Virus record (IMG/VR): IMGVR_UViG_3300029305_005420
Reading direction: 5' to 3' (one strand)
DNA length: 64,000 nucleotides
Source of the DNA: an uncultured virus (IMG/VR IMGVR_UViG_3300029305_005420)
Taxonomy: Duplodnaviria > Heunggongvirae > Uroviricota > Caudoviricetes
In this document: one piece after another, positions 45,159 through 55,364 of the stretch
Numbering within the stretch: position 1 is the stretch's first letter
Layout of the letters: each line of letters starts with the position of its first letter
Translations under genes and position numbers: made by a program
The notes under the pieces: model-generated
The model's input: the letters and a program-made list of their open reading frames with translations, nothing else
Databases searched by the model: none
Told to the model about the DNA's origin: nothing

Positions 45159-47645
45159 ATGGCAGATAACTTCGGTCTGAAAATCGGACTTGAAGGTGAA
45201 AAGGAATTCAAAAGTGCCATAGCGGATATTAACCGTAATTTCAAAGTACTTGGTTCTGAGATGAAATTGGCTACCTCTCAGTTTGCTAAAAATGACTCAT
45301 CTGTTCAGGCTCTCACTGCCAAGAATCAGGTGCTTAATAAAGAAATAGAAGCACAGAAAGAAAAGGTCTCTGTGCTTGAAAAAGCTCTCGCTAACTCTGC
45401 CGCCTCCTTCGGTGAAAACGATAAACGAACTCAGGCTTGGCAGATTCAGCTTAACAACGCTAATGCCACCTTAAACAAGATGGAGCGTGAGCTTGACGAA
45501 AACAATAAAGCATTAGATGCCGCCGAAAAAGGCTTTGATGATACAGCTAAAGAGGTTGACGATTTAGGTGATGAGCTTAATCAAACTGACGGCAAATTCT
45601 CAAAGTTGGGAGGCACCGTTAAAAAGGTCGGTGCGGCTTTGGCGGCATCAATGGCGGCTATCGGTGCGGCGGCAGTAGCCGCAGGTAAAAAGGTATGGGA
45701 TATGGCAAACGATACTGCTCAAGCCGGTGACGAAATCGATAAGGTTTCACAGCGACTCGGTTTAAGTGCCGAAGCCTATCAAGAATGGGACTATGTCCTC
45801 AGTCAGTCGGGTGTTGAAATCACCTCAATGACCACAGGTCTTAAAACCCTAACGAATCAGATTGACGATGCTAAAAACGGGAGTGCTCAGGCAGAGGAAC
45901 GCTTCGCAAAGTTAGGACTTTCTATGAGTGACTTAAACAGTATGTCACGAGAAGAAGTCTTTGAGGCAGTTATTGCCGGTATGCAGGGAATGTCCGATTC
46001 AACAGAAAGGGCGGCGTTGGCAAATGACCTCTTCGGTAAGAGTGGTCAGAACCTAACACCTTTGTTTAATCAGACAGCAGAGTCAACACAGGAACTTAAG
46101 GATGCCGCACACGAGCTCGGATTTGTAATGTCCGATGAGGCGGTAAAAGCATCTGCAGGTTTTCAGGATTCACTTGATACTTTATCCCGTACATTTACAG
46201 GTCTCAAAAACAATATGATGGGAGAACTCCTCCCCGGTTTCTCGTCTATTATGTATGGCTTGTCAGACCTTTTGGCAGGTAGTGATACAGCCGGTGAGCA
46301 AATCAAAGCCGGTATATCTTCTGTCATAGAAAGTTTTACAGCAATACTCCCTAAAATACTTGAATTGTTAAGTCTCTTATTGGCGGCGATTTTAGAAAAT
46401 GCTCCTGCGATTATCAAGTCGTTAGCAGAGGGTATTTTAACCGCCCTGCCTTCACTTGTTCCTGTAATTTTGCAGGTCGTTGGAGAGCTTGTAAATACAC
46501 TTTTATCCCTGCTTCCTCAGATTTTGGAGGTAGGCCTTCAGATAATTGTAGCTTTGATTCAGGGCATTGCGAGTGCTTTGCCGACTCTTATCCCACAGGT
46601 TGTTGAGATTATCGTTCAGCTCGTACAAACCCTTATCGATAATCTTCCTATGGTTTTGGAAGCGGCTTTACAGCTTGTTTTAGCCTTGGTTGAGGGCATT
46701 TTAGGTGCTATCCCTATTTTAATTGAAGCTCTGCCTCAGCTTATAACAAGCATAATCGACTTTATTTTAGGGGCTATCCCTCAGATAATCGAAGCCGGCA
46801 TACAGCTTTTTATGTCCCTGATTGGTGCCTTGCCGGAAATCATTATGGGCATTGTAGAGGCTATTCCTCTTATCATTGAAGGTCTGTTGAATGCCATTTT
46901 AGAAAACCTGCCTTTGATAATCGAGTCAGGTATCGGCCTTCTTATGAGTTTGCTTGATGGTATTATTGAGGCCCTTCCTCAGCTCATTGGGTATATTCCG
47001 GTCATTATCAAAAAATTCCTCGATGCCATTTTGAACAACCTTCCTTTGATTATAAAAATGGGAATCACGATGATTGTAAGTTTGGCAAAAGGTCTTATAC
47101 AGGCTATCCCACAGCTCGTTAAGAAAATCCCACAGCTTATTACTTCCATTGTTAAGGCTCTGAAAAACGGTGTCAGCAAAATTGCCGAGGTTGGTTTGAA
47201 CTTCGTAAAAGGTCTGTGGAGTGGTATCAGCGATGCCGCCGGATGGGTTATGGATAAAATTAAAGGCTTCGGTCAGAGCATCCTTAACGGCATCAAAGGT
47301 TTCTTTGGTATTCACTCGCCATCGACTGTATTTAAAAATCAGGTTGGTAAGAACTTAGCTTTAGGTGTTGGTGAAGGTTTTACATCTGCTATGAAGGGTG
47401 TAACCTCCGATATGGAGCACGCTATTCCTTCAGAATTCGACACCGATGTAATCGCTAATGTCACAAGCGGTGTAAGAGGTTCTATCCAAGACACGGGTTC
47501 ACAAAGCGGTGTAGCTCCTATTCAGAACATCATTCAGTTTGGTGGTGTAACTATAAAGGACGACCTCGACATTGAATATGTGGCTCGTAAGATTTCAGAC
47601 ATTTTAACTCGTGACATCATGAACAAGGGAGGTGCTTTTGGTTAA
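45159..47645 (+). CDS. Tail tape measure protein
   Basis: Long helical protein with periodic hydrophobic repeats and GIHSPS motif. Confidence 0.92.
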   Translation: MADNFGLKIGLEGEKEFKSAIADINRNFKVLGSEMKLATSQFAKNDSSVQALTAKNQVLNKEIEAQKEKVSVLEKALANSAASFGENDKRTQAWQIQLNNANATLNKMERELDENNKALDAAEKGFDDTAKEVDDLGDELNQTDGKFSKLGGTVKKVGAALAASMAAIGAAAVAAGKKVWDMANDTAQAGDEIDKVSQRLGLSAEAYQEWDYVLSQSGVEITSMTTGLKTLTNQIDDAKNGSAQAEERFAKLGLSMSDLNSMSREEVFEAVIAGMQGMSDSTERAALANDLFGKSGQNLTPLFNQTAESTQELKDAAHELGFVMSDEAVKASAGFQDSLDTLSRTFTGLKNNMMGELLPGFSSIMYGLSDLLAGSDTAGEQIKAGISSVIESFTAILPKILELLSLLLAAILENAPAIIKSLAEGILTALPSLVPVILQVVGELVNTLLSLLPQILEVGLQIIVALIQGIASALPTLIPQVVEIIVQLVQTLIDNLPMVLEAALQLVLALVEGILGAIPILIEALPQLITSIIDFILGAIPQIIEAGIQLFMSLIGALPEIIMGIVEAIPLIIEGLLNAILENLPLIIESGIGLLMSLLDGIIEALPQLIGYIPVIIKKFLDAILNNLPLIIKMGITMIVSLAKGLIQAIPQLVKKIPQLITSIVKALKNGVSKIAEVGLNFVKGLWSGISDAAGWVMDKIKGFGQSILNGIKGFFGIHSPSTVFKNQVGKNLALGVGEGFTSAMKGVTSDMEHAIPSEFDTDVIANVTSGVRGSIQDTGSQSGVAPIQNIIQFGGVTIKDDLDIEYVARKISDILTRDIMNKGGAFG

Positions 47646-48442
47646 TGAAAGAGGACTTTAAGTTTGGTGACAGGTGGCTATCTCAGTTTGGCGGTGTAAT
47701 CACACAATCTTCCCCAATTGATATAGCCACTCGCAACATCACCCTCAAAGAAATTCCCGGCAGAAGCGGATGTGAATGTTTAGACAACGGCTTCTACAAC
47801 AATGTGGAATTCTCAAGAAACATTGGTTTTATTAACAGAAAATCTAACACACAGATTATGCCTGAGCTGTTGTTTATCGACTGGCTCGCATACAAACAAA
47901 ACGGTTACTACGAGTTTGAAGATACTAATCATCCCGGCTTTATAACCTATGCGGTACTTACAAACTTTGGTGAAATTCAAAAGCAGTTAAGGAGGATACA
48001 CACCGCCACTCTTAACTTTAGTCGTGTGCCTTTTTGGTACTCTAAAACTGGCTTAATCCCGGTATCGACCGACAATCACGATACGATGATTTATTCAGGC
48101 ATAAATCTTAACAATCCTTACCCGGAACCTGCAAAGCCCATCATCAAAGTGAAAGTGTTTTCAGAAAGCACTACTATTGAAACCACCTCTTTTTCACTTG
48201 AATTCAATGGCAAAAGGTACTCCTTTTCTAAAATCCCATACTCAAGCGTTTATGACACCTTGTATATCGATTGCGAAAAAGAACAAGCCTGTGTCATAAA
48301 CGATAAAACTGGAGAGATATACAAGTATGTTGATGCTCCAATACCTGCTCCTTTAGAACACGGCAACACAAACATCACCTTGGGGGGCAGATGGTCTAAA
48401 TGGGCAGGGTTTGAAATCACACCACGATGGAGGCGATTGTAA
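47645..48442 (+). CDS. Distal tail (Dit)-like protein
   Basis: Synteny; IPGRSG, P..YS, I.PRWR C-terminus. Confidence 0.75.
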   Translation: MKEDFKFGDRWLSQFGGVITQSSPIDIATRNITLKEIPGRSGCECLDNGFYNNVEFSRNIGFINRKSNTQIMPELLFIDWLAYKQNGYYEFEDTNHPGFITYAVLTNFGEIQKQLRRIHTATLNFSRVPFWYSKTGLIPVSTDNHDTMIYSGINLNNPYPEPAKPIIKVKVFSESTTIETTSFSLEFNGKRYSFSKIPYSSVYDTLYIDCEKEQACVINDKTGEIYKYVDAPIPAPLEHGNTNITLGGRWSKWAGFEITPRWRRL

Positions 48443-49608
48443 TGCAACCTGCACTCTATGAGTCTGTAACTCCAACAGGTGGTGTGTTTTTAGGTCGCTT
48501 CTCAAGTTGCTTCTCTTGTGAGGTAAAAGAGGTTCGAAATGGAGAGTATTCTCTGTCTTTATCAACCACAACTAACGATGATATTGCTCCGTATATAACG
48601 GTGCAGAAATACATCAAGGTAAAACCCAACCCCCACGACAGCGAACAGTATTTCCGAATAACAAAGATTGAAAAGAACACAGATAACACCTATACCATTT
48701 ATGCCCATCATATAAAAACAGAAGCCTGTAGCAATATCTCTACCGGTGATGGTGGTTACCTTGAAGGTACTCCTGCAACAATTTATGCAGAGCTTGAAAA
48801 CACATATTTAACAGAGACAGGCGACTCAAACTTATTTACCTTTACATCCGACATTACCGCTACTCAGAAGCTCACTTTAGGAGTTGCATCTCCTGCTTTA
48901 TTTGGCAATATTCTCGCAGGTACTGACGGCTCTTTCGTTGACCTATTCGGTGGTGAATACTACTACGATAATTTCAAAATCACCTTGTGTAAAAAGCGTG
49001 GCACAAAGCGTGACTACAAACTTAAATATGGGCAGAACATCTCTTCAGCAACCCAAACAGAATCCTCGGAAAACACATACTCTCGCATACTACCATATGC
49101 ATCTTTGAAAGATATGGCTACCGGTGGTTCTGTTCTTTTGTATGCACCGATTTATGAGATACCGGTACACGAGTGTGTGGGCATAAGAACTTACTTGCTC
49201 GATTGCACAGAAAAATTAAAAGAGATGGTTGTTTATGCCCACAGAGTTTACCCAAATGAAAGCTCTGACAATCAAGGTCACGATGCAGGTGAAGGCTATG
49301 CTGAAGCAGAACAAGCTATGACAAACTATGCACAGCTTTATGTAAAAAAGAACACCCTTGAAAACCTCGAAGTCAACATTGTTGTTAATGTTGAAAGTGA
49401 GCTCGCTCAAATGCAGGAGTTTGCTTTATGCGATGAGGTCACAGTTGTTCTTGATAAATTCAACTCTACAACAACAGCCAAAATTACTGAGGTTGTATAC
49501 GACTGTTTAAGCGGTCGATGGAAGAGCCTAACCGTTGGCAGTTCCAAGACCTCTCTTGCAGATATTATTTTAGATAAAAGGAGGTATATTCCTAATGCTT
49601 ATCGATAA
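48442..49608 (+). CDS. Tail-associated (Tal / endopeptidase-tail family) protein
   Basis: E.RNG.Y.L, Q.FRI..I.K, GGE..YDNF, YG.NI, D.V.V..K..YD. Confidence 0.8.
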   Translation: MQPALYESVTPTGGVFLGRFSSCFSCEVKEVRNGEYSLSLSTTTNDDIAPYITVQKYIKVKPNPHDSEQYFRITKIEKNTDNTYTIYAHHIKTEACSNISTGDGGYLEGTPATIYAELENTYLTETGDSNLFTFTSDITATQKLTLGVASPALFGNILAGTDGSFVDLFGGEYYYDNFKITLCKKRGTKRDYKLKYGQNISSATQTESSENTYSRILPYASLKDMATGGSVLLYAPIYEIPVHECVGIRTYLLDCTEKLKEMVVYAHRVYPNESSDNQGHDAGEGYAEAEQAMTNYAQLYVKKNTLENLEVNIVVNVESELAQMQEFALCDEVTVVLDKFNSTTTAKITEVVYDCLSGRWKSLTVGSSKTSLADIILDKRRYIPNAYR

Positions 49609-51091
49609 AGAAATAACCATTGATGTAACCCAAGGACATCCGGTAGAAAATATCCGCTTTCATCAGGGTGATGAAAACAGCATAAGGTTAAAAATCACTC
49701 TTACAGACAAGAACGAAATTCTTGAAGTTTCAGGCTGTACTGTTTTATACAATGCCACAATAAACGGTTATTTGGTTGAAAGCGAAGCACATGGCTTTTC
49801 AAGCGGTACTGCCATATATGTGCCGGTCACACCCAATATGACCGCCTTGAATGGACAGCTCAACATCGAGATTAAACTTGTTGAAACAGATGAAAATAAC
49901 AATCAGGAAGTGTTATACACACGCAACCTTATAGCCTTAGTTGAACGCTCAATTATTGAGGGTGACTTGATGATTGACTTTTCAGGATTAACTATCGTTG
50001 ACATTATCAAATCAAAACTCGATGATGCACCAAATGTAATTGCCTCAACACACCTTAAGGACAGCTCGGTCACAGCTTCAAAAATCGCTTCAAGTGCTGT
50101 TAGCTCCGCAAAAATCGCTTCTGGTGCAGTTACTGCCGCAAAGTTGGGTAGCTCATCTGTAACCTCCGCTAAAATTGCTACAAATGCGGTTACAAACGAA
50201 AAGCTCGCAGACGATGCTGTCGGTGAAAAGGAACTTCAAGATGGTGCTGTAACTCCTAACAAACTGGCATCAAGTTCTGTAACAAGTGACAAAATATCCG
50301 GTCAAGCTGTAGGAACAACTAAAATTGCTAATGGTGCAATTACAAATCAAAAGATGGCTACGAATGCCATAGCATACAGAAATCTCGATTCTATTTTACA
50401 GACTATGATTGATAGCAAAATACAGCTATTTAGATACGGCACTGTAGCTTCGTGGGATGAATTTCCTATAGACCTTAATGATGATGCACTTTATTTCGTA
50501 GATACTTTTGCCGGTTCTATGGCTACAAATATCAATTATGGTAACTGTATTGGTTTTGCTAATACCAGCACCAACATTTTAATGATGCTCAACATAGCAA
50601 CTGGTATATGGTGGCGTATAAGTGTCGTTAATCAAACATTTTCACAAGCAACAACTATACCGGCAAAAAAAGTAAGCATCGTTGATATAGATAATCATTA
50701 TGAGAGTCTATCACTCGAAGATGCTCTTATTGAGATTGCAACAAAGAAAGCCGATTTTGAAAGAGGGACTATTACAAAGGATAATGTGGCTTGGTATTCA
50801 GATAATCCTAACTGCCTTATTAGAGGCTACTATCAGCTTGCAGGTGACTACTGCACAATCACAGCAAATGCCGCACTCATTGATGGGTGGGGCGTTGTTT
50901 TTTATAGTCTTCCGGTGGCTTGTGTCAATGGTGTAGCTTCAACAATCGCAATTGGTAAAAAGCATTACATTGTTTCAACGACTATGCTCTCAAACATATC
51001 AACAATTGAAATCAAAAGAATGGACGGCTCACTTATCGCAACAGCAGACGACCCAACCATCGCATTTACACTAACCTACAAATACAGATAA
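49595..51091 (+). CDS. BppU-like baseplate / receptor-binding fibre with 10-aa repeats
   Basis: QGD.NS N-terminus; tandem (A/S)VT..K(I/L)A.. repeats at ~50050-50380. Confidence 0.7.
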   Translation: MLIDKEITIDVTQGHPVENIRFHQGDENSIRLKITLTDKNEILEVSGCTVLYNATINGYLVESEAHGFSSGTAIYVPVTPNMTALNGQLNIEIKLVETDENNNQEVLYTRNLIALVERSIIEGDLMIDFSGLTIVDIIKSKLDDAPNVIASTHLKDSSVTASKIASSAVSSAKIASGAVTAAKLGSSSVTSAKIATNAVTNEKLADDAVGEKELQDGAVTPNKLASSSVTSDKISGQAVGTTKIANGAITNQKMATNAIAYRNLDSILQTMIDSKIQLFRYGTVASWDEFPIDLNDDALYFVDTFAGSMATNINYGNCIGFANTSTNILMMLNIATGIWWRISVVNQTFSQATTIPAKKVSIVDIDNHYESLSLEDALIEIATKKADFERGTITKDNVAWYSDNPNCLIRGYYQLAGDYCTITANAALIDGWGVVFYSLPVACVNGVASTIAIGKKHYIVSTTMLSNISTIEIKRMDGSLIATADDPTIAFTLTYKYR

Positions 51092-51102
51092 GGAGGATAA
51101 CT

Positions 51103-51363
51103 ATGGCGGACATTAAAACCTATAACGAATACACCTTAACCGAGCTTACCAAAAACAGCGTTAACATTTTGATTCAGACCTTCGCTGATATTAACGGTCT
51201 TATAACAAAGGTCGGTGCAAAGCAGAGAATTTCTTGTGCTAACTCCGAGCTTGGAAGACAAAAACTACCGGAGCTTATCCCCGAACAATATGCTCTTGCA
51301 GTTTTAGCTGTATGGGGTGACACACCTACCGTGCCTGACCCTGAACTACCGCAGGAGGAATAA
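51103..51363 (+). CDS. Hypothetical protein (possible fibre chaperone)
   Basis: RBS AAGGAGG; AV.AVWGD.PTV. Confidence 0.65.
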   Translation: MADIKTYNEYTLTELTKNSVNILIQTFADINGLITKVGAKQRISCANSELGRQKLPELIPEQYALAVLAVWGDTPTVPDPELPQEE

Positions 51364-51366
51364 GCA

Positions 51367-51846
51367 ATGGAACAATTACTCGGCAAATACTCTCTAACAG
51401 ACATCATCGTTTTTCTCGTAATCTTAGTGCTTGCAGTTAAAGAGGCCTTGATTATTAAGGACTGGTTCAAAGAGAGATTATCAAAGTTCTCTCATAAACA
51501 CTACACCAGTAAAAAAGAAGAGGATAAACTGCGAGAAGATATAGAAGACCTAAATAAGTTCTATAACGAGAAAGAGGTTGTCGATAGAGGGTTTGAAAAA
51601 ATAAATAGGCAAATTGAGATGCTCATTGAATCAGATCGAGAAGCAATCAAAGCATACATCACCGAGCAACATCACTTCTTTGTGTATGAGAAAGGTTGGA
51701 TTGATGATTACTCCCTTGATTGCCTTGAAAAGAGGTACGGCATTTACGAAAAAGAAAAGGGTAACACCTTTGTCTTAGGCCTTATGAATGAAATTCGAAA
51801 TTTGCCGAAATTACCACCAAACGATGAAGAAAGGACAGATGCTTAA
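51367..51846 (+). CDS. Membrane protein of the lysis region
   Basis: N-terminal TM segment; Y..Y...GN......M..IR.LP C-terminus. Confidence 0.65.
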   Translation: MEQLLGKYSLTDIIVFLVILVLAVKEALIIKDWFKERLSKFSHKHYTSKKEEDKLREDIEDLNKFYNEKEVVDRGFEKINRQIEMLIESDREAIKAYITEQHHFFVYEKGWIDDYSLDCLEKRYGIYEKEKGNTFVLGLMNEIRNLPKLPPNDEERTDA

Positions 51847-52058
51847 TGAAAGAAAAACTTTTAACTTGGGCGAAATGTGCCGGAATTAGAGCCATAAAAA
51901 CGGTGGCTCAGACGGCAGTCGCAACTATCGGAGTGTCGGCAGTAATGAACGAGGTCAACTGGATTGCAGTTGGTTCGGCTTCATTGCTCGCCGGCATTTT
52001 ATCTTTACTCACATCCATTGCAGGTTTACCTGAGATTACAAACAACAAGGAGGTTTAA
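51846..52058 (+). CDS. Holin (r1t-like)
   Basis: [12 protein letters not shown]....S.S.LAG.LS.LTS.AG.PE. Confidence 0.85.
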   Translation: MKEKLLTWAKCAGIRAIKTVAQTAVATIGVSAVMNEVNWIAVGSASLLAGILSLLTSIAGLPEITNNKEV

Positions 52059-52060
52059 TT

Positions 52061-52924
52061 ATGGCATACACAAACAGTAAACTCGTAAACTACAAGAAAA
52101 TTTCCCCTAACAGAAACAGTCCAAGAAACCACAAAATCGACACCATTTCTATCCATTGTGTTGTCGGTCAATGTTCAGCCGAGACCCTCGGTAACATTTT
52201 TGCAAGTCCCTCAAAACAGGCATCCTCAAACTACGGTGTAGACAAGGATGGTAGAATCGGTCTCTATGTTGAAGAGAAAGACCGCAGTTGGTGTACATCT
52301 TCAGCTTCAAACGACAACAGAGCTATCACCATTGAGGTAGCTTCAGACACCTATCACCCTTACAAGGTAACCGACAAGGCTTACAAAGCACTCATCAAGT
52401 TGCTTGTTGATATCTGTAAGCGTAACGGCATCAAGAAGCTCCTGTGGAAAGGTGACAAGTCTCTCATCGGTCAGGTATCAAAGCAGAATATGACAGTTCA
52501 CCGCTGGTTCGCAAACAAGTCCTGTCCCGGCGATTACCTTTACAACCTGCACGGTCAGATTGCAAAAGAGGTAAACGCTCAGCTTGAGAAGAAGACCACT
52601 GCGACCACTACCACAACAACCACAAAGAAGCCTACAACGACTACAACCACCAAAACCACCACAAAGAAGGCTACCGACCCGGCAAAGAGCTTCTCAAAGA
52701 CTCTCGCAGGTACATATAAGGTTACCGCCGATGATGGCCTTAATGTGAGAAACGGTGCAAGTACAAAGAAGGCTGTAATGGTAGCAATCCCTAAGAACAC
52801 AAAAGTACAGTGCTACGGCTACTACACCACAGCTTCTGGTGTTAAGTGGCTTTATGTACAGTTCACTTACAACAAGGTTACCTATACAGGTTTCTGCAGT
52901 TCTACTTATCTTAAAAAAGTTTAA
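52061..52924 (+). CDS. Endolysin: N-acetylmuramoyl-L-alanine amidase, Thr-rich linker, SH3b-like domain
   Basis: IHC, ASSNY, ITIEV, HRWFANKSCPG; LNVR.G. Confidence 0.92.
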   Translation: MAYTNSKLVNYKKISPNRNSPRNHKIDTISIHCVVGQCSAETLGNIFASPSKQASSNYGVDKDGRIGLYVEEKDRSWCTSSASNDNRAITIEVASDTYHPYKVTDKAYKALIKLLVDICKRNGIKKLLWKGDKSLIGQVSKQNMTVHRWFANKSCPGDYLYNLHGQIAKEVNAQLEKKTTATTTTTTTKKPTTTTTTKTTTKKATDPAKSFSKTLAGTYKVTADDGLNVRNGASTKKAVMVAIPKNTKVQCYGYYTTASGVKWLYVQFTYNKVTYTGFCSSTYLKKV

Positions 52925-52936
52925 TATCTAACTTCG

Positions 52937-52975
52937 GCCCATCGGGATTTATTTCTCGGTGGGCTTTCTTTTTTT
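52937..52975 (+). terminator. Terminator after endolysin, overlapping a convergent gene end
   Basis: GCCCATCGGGA/TCTCGGTGGGC stem plus T-rich run. Confidence 0.7.
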
Positions 52976-53305
52976 GCCTTCAGAAAACCTCCGCCATACA
53001 TATTCCGAAAAATGCTCCCAATTGTTAAAAACTTGACTGTATACATCCACTTTCTTTCCACGCTCTTCTTTATATAAAAACAGAGGACTGATTTCAACTT
53101 CCCACTCGGCTTTACACCAATAGTAATATGTCAAGTCCCTTTTGAGTTCCTTCAAAAACTCCTCTTTATTGTCTTTATATTTTTTATAATTCTTCGTTAT
53201 AGCTTCGTAAAACCGACCATGATTAAAGACATTATGAACCACAATTTTACTTGAACTTGACTCGTTTATATACACATACCACTCTAAATTCAACTCGTTT
53301 TTCAT
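52949..53305 (-). CDS. Hypothetical protein
   Basis: RBS AGGAGG; aromatic-rich (YYYWCKAEWE, K.DVY.Q...NW..F..YVW). Confidence 0.7.
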   Translation of the reverse strand: MKNELNLEWYVYINESSSSKIVVHNVFNHGRFYEAITKNYKKYKDNKEEFLKELKRDLTYYYWCKAEWEVEISPLFLYKEERGKKVDVYSQVFNNWEHFSEYVWRRFSEGKKRKPTEK

Positions 53306-53316
53306 TACTAATCCTC

Positions 53317-53946
53317 CTAACCATCTGCAAATATATCATCAATTATCAGGTCAAACTTTATCCTTTTATGTTCGCAAACATGCTTTGCTTCAGCATAAGT
53401 GTAGCACCTCCTAATGGGATGAAAAAACTGTGTTCTTGTCACCCTCTGTCCCTCTTGGTTTTTCTCATAATTTAGGACGTGCGGATACCCCCACCCGTGC
53501 CGAATAAGTCTTTTGCTCATAGGTGCAAATTCGTCCTTGTACGAGAGGTTTATAAACTCAACCTTAATACACAGATAATAGTTCCTATTGCTTGTGATGA
53601 TTGCCTTTTCTACTTTTATTTTGTCAGCGTGCATTTCGTAGGGAAACCCATAGATATTTATGTGTACCCACTTCTTGTTTTTAAACCTCTGCTCTCCCAT
53701 GTGGTGGAAGGTTACCGGAGTTAAAAACGGACACGGGTTGTATGCCACATTATGAGTAACATTAACATCACCACTTTTGTATTTTTCAAAAGCCTCCACA
53801 ACGCTTGTGTGGTTATCCTCTTGTTTTAGATTTTCAACAAAGGTAGCCACGTCATCAAGCGTTCCGAAGTAATGCTTTTTGCAGGAAATAAAACCCGGTG
53901 TAGCGTAGTTATCGAGAGTCAGAGCGTAATACTTCTGTGAATTCAT
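53317..53946 (-). CDS. Hypothetical protein
   Basis: 209-aa ORF coupled to the upstream gene. Confidence 0.7.
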   Translation of the reverse strand: MNSQKYYALTLDNYATPGFISCKKHYFGTLDDVATFVENLKQEDNHTSVVEAFEKYKSGDVNVTHNVAYNPCPFLTPVTFHHMGEQRFKNKKWVHINIYGFPYEMHADKIKVEKAIITSNRNYYLCIKVEFINLSYKDEFAPMSKRLIRHGWGYPHVLNYEKNQEGQRVTRTQFFHPIRRCYTYAEAKHVCEHKRIKFDLIIDDIFADG

Positions 53947-54746
53947 TTTTTATCGTCCCATCTTTCCACTTCTACTATTTCTGTTTCTGACAGGTCAACA
54001 TAGCAGTCTCGTTCCTTAAAACCCCTTCTTAAATAGTCGTGACCGCCGTCAACTGTACATGCACCACAGCTACAGGTTACATAGTCGTGTCGGTACTTTG
54101 ACTCGATGACATCACCACACAGCTTGCATTGAATTGCATTTCTCAGAATTTTTCTTCTGAGGGTCGCTGTAATTTTACCTTTATCTGTTGGTGGGTGGGA
54201 GTTTGATTTTAATAGCTCGTCCAAGGTGCGAGGTGTGTAGTCCATGTACTTCATCATACAGCCAACATTTATCAGCCTACAGGGAATTCTCATATCCCAT
54301 ATGTTTTCCTTGAACTTCTCTACCAACCGCCACTCAACAGAGTTATGTACATGTCCGTAAAGCATAACGGCACCGTACCGCTGATTCTTATAAAAAAGCA
54401 TTGGGTAGTGTGAGAGGATAACTAACCGCCCCTCATCGTTTACTTCCCCGTAAGATTCAATGGACTCATAATAGTCCTTTAGCCTTCCGTTAACTCTGTC
54501 GTGGTTACCACGGATGAGGTGTTTGTGACCGTTAAGCCTCTGAATCAGTTTTACGCTGTTCTCTTCGTTTTTCCAAAAGCCGTCACCGAGGATATATACT
54601 GTATCCTCTTCGCTGACCCGACTATTCCAATTTTCAACAAGAGTCTCGTTCATTTTCTCTACGCTTACGAAGGGTCTATCGTCAAACCCGATGACGTTTT
54701 CATGACAAAAATGCATGTCCGAAATATAAAAAATCAAAATTATCAC
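53943..54746 (-). CDS. Metallophosphoesterase fused to a C-terminal zinc ribbon
   Basis: SDMHF.H, LGD, GNHD, SHYP, GHVH, NVG; then QCKLCGD.IES..RHD...CSCG...VDGG. Confidence 0.85.
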   Translation of the reverse strand: MIILIFYISDMHFCHENVIGFDDRPFVSVEKMNETLVENWNSRVSEEDTVYILGDGFWKNEENSVKLIQRLNGHKHLIRGNHDRVNGRLKDYYESIESYGEVNDEGRLVILSHYPMLFYKNQRYGAVMLYGHVHNSVEWRLVEKFKENIWDMRIPCRLINVGCMMKYMDYTPRTLDELLKSNSHPPTDKGKITATLRRKILRNAIQCKLCGDVIESKYRHDYVTCSCGACTVDGGHDYLRRGFKERDCYVDLSETEIVEVERWDDKK

Positions 54747-54753
54747 TCCAAGG

Positions 54754-54795
54754 CCGTTTACTTTTCCTCCTGCCGTGGCCTAAAGGTAGGAGGTG
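54754..54795 (+). promoter_or_regulatory. Second copy of the candidate phage-sigma promoter
   Basis: CCGTTTACTTTT-CCTCCTG-CCGTGGC-CTAAAGGT. Confidence 0.6.
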
Positions 54796-54802
54796 CTCTT
54801 TA

Positions 54803-55165
54803 ATGATTACAGAAAATCAAAAACAACAAATCAAAATGCTCTACGCTCACGGTAAAGACTGTAAGGAAATCGCAGACATTTTAAAGGTGTCGTATCGACA
54901 AGTTTATTATTGTTGTACCAAAGAAAACGATGTGTGCTTACAATGTGGCAAACCTATAAAACAGCATCCGCACAGAAAGAAAAAACTGTTCTGTTGTGAT
55001 AAATGCCGCATCACATGGTGGAACCACAACAAAAGTGCTAACCGCAGTCTTCCGAGTCACACGCAGGTTTGCAAATCCTGTCGCCAAACCTTCCACACTT
55101 ATAAATCAAAGCATCAGCAATACTGTTCTCGAAAATGCTATGCCGATGCTCGTAGGAAGGGGTGA
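54803..55165 (+). CDS. HTH plus double zinc-finger protein (candidate directionality/regulatory factor)
   Basis: N-terminal HTH; CLQCGK..FCCDKCR..WW; CKSC..YCSRKCY. Confidence 0.8.
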   Translation: MITENQKQQIKMLYAHGKDCKEIADILKVSYRQVYYCCTKENDVCLQCGKPIKQHPHRKKKLFCCDKCRITWWNHNKSANRSLPSHTQVCKSCRQTFHTYKSKHQQYCSRKCYADARRKG

Positions 55166-55169
55166 TTTT

Positions 55170-55364
55170 ATGGATGATTTAAAGATAAAAGTTTTTAATT
55201 ACAGGCTCGCTATGAATATCGCTAACAGGCTCTACCATCAGGGCATTTTGTCAAGACAAGAGTACGACAAAATTGATACAATTATGACCAAAAAATACGG
55301 GTTATCTTTGTGTAGTGTATTCCGAGATAAAGAGCCATATTTACTTGATAATAACACGCTTTAG
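55170..55364 (+). CDS. Small SHOCT-like protein
   Basis: Y..AM.IA..L...GILS..EY.KIDTIM..KY; paralogue at 1-171. Confidence 0.75.
   Translation: MDDLKIKVFNYRLAMNIANRLYHQGILSRQEYDKIDTIMTKKYGLSLCSVFRDKEPYLLDNNTL

Noticed and set aside
52590..52665. ACC/ACA-rich low-complexity tract as a functional DNA repeat
   Set aside because: Explained by the Thr/Lys linker of the endolysin
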